A DNA stretch of 64,000 nucleotides from an uncultured Acidobacteriota bacterium (GTDB lineage Bacteria > Acidobacteriota > Thermoanaerobaculia > UBA5066): contig CAVZYA010000002.1 of NCBI GenBank assembly GCA_963779415.1, positions 1,344,001 through 1,408,000 on the forward strand, written 5' to 3'. Position 1 is the stretch's first letter. Each line of letters opens with the position of its first letter. This document shows, piece after piece, positions 58,668 to 64,000 of the stretch. Under the pieces are notes generated by a model. The model had not been told where the DNA came from. It saw only the letters and a list, made by a program, of their open reading frames with translations, and did not search any database. Made by a program: the position numbers and the translations under genes.

Positions 58668-59401
58668 CTAGCCCGGAGGAGGCCCCTCTTCCTCCTCTTC
58701 GGGGCTCTCGGGCGCGGACGGAGGACCGAAGGCGCGCTCCTCGATGAGCGCCGCGCGGCGCCGGTGCGCGGCGGGATGGGCGAGGTAGTACGCCGGACCC
58801 GGGATCATCGCCGCGAGCCATGCGGCCTGCGGACCTCGTCAGGCGCGCGGCCGGGACGCCGAAGGTGTTTCGGGCGGCGGCCTCGATCCCGAAGACCCGC
58901 TCGCCCCACTCGACGGCCGAGAGGTAGTGCTCGAGGATCTTCTCCTTCGGGACGAGGGCGTCGAGGACGAGGGCGATGGCGGCCTCGCGCCCCTTCCGGA
59001 AGAGCGACCGGTCGGAGGAGAGCCAGAGGTTCTTCGCGAGCTGCTGCGTGATCGTCGAGGCCCCGTGCCTCCACCGCCCTTTCCGGCCGGCGATCTTCCG
59101 GTTCCACCGGGCCGCTTCGCGGACGGCCTCCCAGTCGATCCCCCGGTGCTGGAAGAAGCGCGCGTCCTCGGCGGCGACGACGGCCTCGACGAGGGCGGGC
59201 GCGACGTCGCGGAGGGGAACGGGGCGCCGGTCGATGGCGTCGCTCTTCCCGGCCGCGCGAAGCGCCGCCTGCCGCGCCCGGATGAAGGCCGTCGTCCGCG
59301 GGCACGCGCCACCGGAGGGCCACGATCGCCGGAAGCGGCACGAACCAGAGCGCCCCCGCGAGAGCGAGCGCGACCGCGAGAAGAGCGCCGGGACGCTTCA
59401 G
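58668..59401 (-). CDS. mtgA: Monofunctional peptidoglycan transglycosylase (frameshifted in this assembly)
   Basis: AEDARFFQHRGID, GASTITQQLAKNL, RKGRE, KEKILEHYL; start approximate. Confidence 0.85.
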
Positions 59402-60747
59402 CCGACCGTCTCTGCGAGAGCCGCCCGCAGCCTCTGGACGCCGAGGAGCGCTTCGTCCTTCGTCAGCGTGAGCGGAGGCCGGAGGCGGATGGCCTTCTCG
59501 CCCGAGGCGAGGGCCATGACGTTGTGCTTCCGGAGCCACGTCGCGAGGACGTCCCCCCGGGTCTTTCCGTCGGGGAGGTCGAACGCGATGAAGAGCCCGC
59601 GGCCGCGGACGTTCGTCATCCGGCCCGGGAACTCGGCGGCCAGCTCCTCGAGCCGCGCCTTCAGGAACTCTCCGACGACGCGCGCGTTCTCGATGAGGTT
59701 CTCCTCCTCGATGATCTCGAGGAATCGTCGGCAGCGGATCATGTCGACGAGGTTCCCGCCCCACGTCGAGTTGATCCGCGACGAGACGGCGAAGACGTTC
59801 TCCGGCTCCTCGAGGATCCGGTCGTTCGACGCGAAGCCGCAGACCTGAGTCTTCTTCCCGAAGGCGAAGAGGTCCGGCGTAACGCCCATGGCCTGGAATC
59901 CCCACCAGTGGCCGGTCAGACCCATCCCCGTCTGGACCTCGTCCATGAGGAAGAGCATGTCGTTCTCGTCGCAGAGCTCCCGCAGCGTCCGGAAGAACTC
60001 GGGGCGGAAGTGGTTGTCGCCTCCCTCGCCCTGGATCGGCTCGATGATGAGGGCGGCGATGTCGTCGCGATGGTCGACGAGGGCCTGCCGGATCTGCGCC
60101 TCGGCGATCCGCTCGCCGGCGACCGTCCGCTCGAGGCTCTCGGGAGTGAGGGGGAAGACGAGCTTCGGGTTGGTGACCCGCGGCCAGTCGAACTTCGGGA
60201 AGTACATCGTCTTTCGCGGGTCCGCCGTGTTCGTCAGCGAGAGCGTGTAGCCCGAGCGTCCGTGGAACGCCTGCTCGAAGTGGAGGATCTTCGTCCCCAC
60301 CTCGCGCCGGTAGCCCTTGCGGAAGTTCTTCCGTACCTTCCAGTCGAACGCCGCCTTGAGCGCATTTTCGACGGCGAGGGAGCCCCCTTCCACGAAGAAG
60401 AGGTGCCTGCCGTGGCTCTTCGGAACCGCGAGGCGGGCGAAGGTCTCCACGAAAGCGGCCATCTCGCACGTGTAGATGTCGCTGTTGGCCGGCTTGTTGA
60501 CGGCGGCGCCGGTCAGCTCCTCCAGGAACTCCGGCGACGTCATCTTCGGGTGGTTGTAGCCGATCGGGCAGGTGGCGAACTGCGAGAAGAAGTCGAGCAC
60601 CTCGACGTCGTGCAGGGAGTCGTAGAGGACGTTCCCGCGCGACCTCTTCAGGTCCATGACGACGTGATAGCCGTCCACCAGCATGTGCCGGGAGAGGCTC
60701 GCAAGGACACTCTTCGACTCGATGACGGAGGGGGCGAGGGAGGCCAT
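59398..60747 (-). CDS. lat: L-lysine 6-aminotransferase
   Basis: HMLVDG, KPANSD, LAVENALKAAFDWK, AFHGRSGY, EPIQGEGGD, FGKK, RINSTWGG. Confidence 0.92.
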   Translation of the reverse strand: MASLAPSVIESKSVLASLSRHMLVDGYHVVMDLKRSRGNVLYDSLHDVEVLDFFSQFATCPIGYNHPKMTSPEFLEELTGAAVNKPANSDIYTCEMAAFVETFARLAVPKSHGRHLFFVEGGSLAVENALKAAFDWKVRKNFRKGYRREVGTKILHFEQAFHGRSGYTLSLTNTADPRKTMYFPKFDWPRVTNPKLVFPLTPESLERTVAGERIAEAQIRQALVDHRDDIAALIIEPIQGEGGDNHFRPEFFRTLRELCDENDMLFLMDEVQTGMGLTGHWWGFQAMGVTPDLFAFGKKTQVCGFASNDRILEEPENVFAVSSRINSTWGGNLVDMIRCRRFLEIIEEENLIENARVVGEFLKARLEELAAEFPGRMTNVRGRGLFIAFDLPDGKTRGDVLATWLRKHNVMALASGEKAIRLRPPLTLTKDEALLGVQRLRAALAETVG

Positions 60748-60790
60748 AGCGGGCGGATTCTATCCCGGCGGAAGGGGCGGCGCCGCGCCG

Positions 60791-61945
60791 TCAGCTTTTC
60801 AGAATGACGGGAACCGCGCCGGCGGCGCCGGGGCCGGGAGGGGCGGCCACGACGCAGTTCTTCCCCTTCGTCTTGGCCGCGTAGAGGGCCGAGTCGGCCG
60901 CCTTGAGAAGCTCGTTCTTCTGCTCGGGCGGCGTCTGCTTCGGGGGACAATGCGCCCGGTAGGAGGCGACTCCCGCCGACATCGAGATCACGTTCTTCAG
61001 GTTCAGCGCGGGCTCTCCCGGGCCGATCGCCATCGGCAGGAACGTCCATTCCGCGACGGCGCGGCGGAGGTTCTCGGCGACGGCCGTCGCCTGCTCGAGG
61101 TTCTGGTCGAGGAGGATGACGGTGAACTCGTCCCCCCCGTACCGGCAGGCGAGCGAGACCGTCTCGGCGAGAACCCTCTGCATGATGAACGAGACCTCCC
61201 GGAGAACCTGGCTCCCGGCAAGGTGTCCGTGCTCGTCGTTCACCCTTTTCAGGTGATCGCAGTCGATGAAGAGGAGCGCGAGGTCGCCCTCCTTCGTCCC
61301 CGAGAGCCGCTCGATCTCGCGCTGGAGCTTCCGGTGGAAGTAACGGTCGTTGAAGAGCGACGTGAGCGAATCGCGGCGCGCCACCTCGCGCGCCCGGCGC
61401 TCGTCGAGGAGGTTCTGCAGGGCGAGGGAGAGGGTGTCCCCGAAGAGCTCCATCAGCCGCTCGTCCTTCCGGGAGAAGGCCTCCTCCTCGAGCCGGTTGA
61501 CGAGGGCGAGCGAGCCGCAGATGTTGCTTTCGATGACGACGGGGACGGCCAGGACGTTCCGGACCTCGAAGCCGAGGAGCTGGTCGAGCTCCCGCGAGAG
61601 GGCGGCGGCGCCGCCGATGAAGTTGATGGCCGTCTTCTCCCCTCGCGCGTAAACAAATCCCGCGATCCCGTCGACGGGGCGCACTTTCTGTCCGACGACG
61701 GCCTCGGCGAGATCACCGGCCGTGACGATCACCGTCAGCTCGTTGCGGGATCGGTCGTCCTCCTTCGACACCGGGTCGTCGAGGAGAAGGACGCCGACCC
61801 GGGTGGGGACGAACTCGAGCGCCCGGTTGACGAGGGCAATCAGGAATCGCTCGGGAGGAACACCGCTCGTCTCGTCGAGAAGACGGTGCCGCTCCATGTA
61901 GCGCGAGAGAAGCTTCGGGGAGATCACTCTCGCCGGCGGCGTCAT
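60791..61945 (-). CDS. GAF-GGDEF diguanylate cyclase
   Basis: GAF (GIAGFV, LAVPV); DSLT, ND..GHLAG, RYGGDEF; no RxxD I-site. Confidence 0.9.
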   Translation of the reverse strand: MTPPARVISPKLLSRYMERHRLLDETSGVPPERFLIALVNRALEFVPTRVGVLLLDDPVSKEDDRSRNELTVIVTAGDLAEAVVGQKVRPVDGIAGFVYARGEKTAINFIGGAAALSRELDQLLGFEVRNVLAVPVVIESNICGSLALVNRLEEEAFSRKDERLMELFGDTLSLALQNLLDERRAREVARRDSLTSLFNDRYFHRKLQREIERLSGTKEGDLALLFIDCDHLKRVNDEHGHLAGSQVLREVSFIMQRVLAETVSLACRYGGDEFTVILLDQNLEQATAVAENLRRAVAEWTFLPMAIGPGEPALNLKNVISMSAGVASYRAHCPPKQTPPEQKNELLKAADSALYAAKTKGKNCVVAAPPGPGAAGAVPVILKS

Positions 61946-61982
61946 GCTGTCCGATTCTAGGTCACCTCCCCTGGACAGGCCG

Positions 61983-63841
61983 TCAGAAAAGGCGGGGAAG
62001 AAGCCGGCCGGCCTCTTCGCGGACCTCGGCGATCTTGGCCTCGTATTCCCCGAGCTGCGGTGCGAACCGGAGGAAATCCAGATCCGAAAGGAGCTTCTCG
62101 GCGCCGAGCCGAAGCTCTTCGGAGACACCGTTCGCCTCGAGACTAGCGAGGATGGTGGCCGCGCCGGCTCCTTCCGGGACACCGTAGCGTCGGCCGAGCC
62201 CCTCCCGGAGGGACCGGTCGATCCGGGCGGCGGCTCGTTCCTTCGTCTCGCCCGGCTCGGGGGAAATTGCCGAGGCGACGTCGACCCGTGGCGAGCGCCG
62301 CTTCCGGACGACGAGCCACGTCCCTGTGATCGCGAGAGCGGCGCCGGGGAGGGCGACGAGAAGCCAGAGCGGAACCGCGACGGTCCCCTTCGAGAGGTCG
62401 AGCACCGGAGCGCCCGGCGCGGAGTCTCCTGCGGAATGCGGGACGGCTGCCGCGGGAGGCGTCGGGAGTGTCGTCACCGCCGCTTCCGACGGCGCCGGCG
62501 AGGCGGCGGTCAGCGCGGCGGCAGGCGCCGCCGCCCCCGTGGCGACGAGCCGAAGCGGCGTCGTCGCCTTCGTCACGACCTTCCGCTCGACCGTGTCGTA
62601 CGTCGGGATCTCGACCGGCGGAATCGTGAGTTCCCCCGGCGCGGAAGGAACGATGACGTACTCCCATTCGACCGATCCCGGCCGGCCGGAACGCGGGGGC
62701 TCGGTTCGTGCCGTGGGCGGGTAGACCTTCGCGTTGACGACGGAGAGCTTCGGGGGGTCTGTCGCCGTCCGGAGGCCGCCGGGGCCTGCGAGCCGGATCT
62801 TGAGGGTTGCCGCTTCGCCGGCGGGGACGCTCGTCTTGTCGAGGCGTGCCGTCAGATCGAAGTGACCGACGGGGCCGCTCCACGCCTTCGCCCCCGGAAC
62901 CGGGAGGATCCTGAGGACGAGCGGCTTCGAGGCGATTTCCACGGGCTGCGGCCGGGAGAAGAAGCCGAACGGGTCGCCGCCCGAGTCGCCCGTGGCCCGG
63001 ACGTTCGTCCGGACCTTCATCGGCGGAATCGTGACGGTTCCGGGCGCGAGGCCGGAGACGAGCTTCTTCAGGAGCGTGAAGCGGACGACGGGGCGGCCGT
63101 CCACGATTTCGCGCCGTCCGGTCGGGCGCTCGGGGCGCTCGAGGTCTTCGGCCCACGCGCCGGGGAACTTCGGCGGCTCGATCCATTCCAGCCCCTGGAC
63201 GTCGGCCGTCGTCACGAGATCCACGGTGAGCGTCACCTCCTCGCCCACGACGGCGGTCGTCTTGTCGGCGGTGACGAGGAGGTCGACGAACGGCTTCTCG
63301 CGCGGGCTTTCACCCGTTCCGCCCGGGCCGATGCCGGGGCCGGGGCGCGGGGCTCCCATACCGCGGCCGCCGAAGAACGCGGCGATCGGGTCCTCCGGCT
63401 CCTCCTCCATCGCGGGGCTTCCGGCGCCTCGTCCGCGCGGCGGGCCGACCTCGACGAGAAACGGCGCCGCCTTGACGCTCTTCCCGCCGATCGTCCAGAC
63501 GGTCTCACCCACCTCGGCGGCTCCCTCCCCTTTCGGCCGGAGGTAGTAGGTCAGGCTGAGCGAACGGCTGAAGACGCCGTTCACGAACGACATCTGGTCC
63601 GATCGCGACGGACCGCCGGCGAGCGTCAGGTTCCTGAGGGGGAGAGGCGAGGGGGGCTGGATCTCTCCCGAGAGGCTCCCCGAGATCCTGTACGTGAGCC
63701 GGATCAGCTCGTTCGCGGCGACCTGATTCCTGTCGGCGAAGACCTCGATCCGGACGTCGTCGGCGCGTGCGCCGCGCCGGCGAAGACGCCGGCCGCGAGG
63801 ACAACGAGCACCGAGAATGCCGCGACCCGCACGCGCCTCAC
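61983..63841 (-). CDS. batD: BatD family protein (frameshift in the 5' part)
   Basis: SFVNG, VVGEEVTL, GPVGHFDL, C-terminal TM and RFAP; follows a BatC-like gene. Confidence 0.78.
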
Positions 63842-64000
63842 CAGTCCCTCGCGTCGCGCCGCTTCGATCTCTGCATGGCGAGCTTCCGCCGTTGCTCGTC
63901 GAGGTCGGCCTTCTGGATCGCTGCGAGAAGCTGCTCGGCCTGTTCCCGGCTCATCTTCGCCTTCGACTCGAACTCGCGGTCGCGCTTTTCCTGTTCCTTC
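63838..64000 (-). CDS. BatC-like TPR protein, C-terminal fragment (window edge)
   Basis: MSREQAEQLLAAIQ...RDW* terminus typical of BatB/BatC; GTGA overlap with batD. Confidence 0.7.
   Translation of the reverse strand, partial: KEQEKRDREFESKAKMSREQAEQLLAAIQKADLDEQRRKLAMQRSKRRDARDW

Noticed and set aside
85-63804. Many long Arg/Pro/Gly-rich overlapping or antisense ORFs in the six-frame track (e.g. 4189-6654, 20256-23000, 30591-33563, 41129-43618, 47883-50483)
   Set aside because: Shadow ORFs expected from stop-codon scarcity at high GC; no recognisable motifs, and they overlap clear genes

Overview
GC-rich bacterial chromosomal segment. The gene repertoire (tricorn protease, Hanks kinase-TPR proteins, wHTH-FHA regulator, GT-C membrane glycosyltransferases, Bat operon) suggests an Acidobacteriota/Thermoanaerobaculia-like organism, by inference only. 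About 55 genes, mostly housekeeping: proBA, pcnB, ada/alkA-ogt, glnA, queA, pyrRBC, clcA, suhB, glgA, mtgA, lat. No rRNA, tRNA or CRISPR array was seen. Most notable: (1) a five-gene operon at 50205-55358 (homoisocitrate-DH-like, HMG-CoA-lyase-like, class III CoA-transferase, two-subunit homoaconitase-like) with no synthase, 4 kb from lysine 6-aminotransferase, a candidate CoA-dependent reverse/split homocitrate pathway; (2) a lower-GC integron-cassette relic at about 18.1-19.9 kb whose middle attC appears replaced by an IS481-like end fused to an IS3 3' fragment; (3) a 28-bp repeat doublet with a 10-bp duplication at 6.7 kb; (4) many apparently leaderless genes; (5) an AT-rich in-frame insertion in queA. 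Many genes at 13.5-14.1 kb and 50-59.4 kb carry 1-nt frameshifts, probably long-read assembly errors, so their coordinates are reconstructed.
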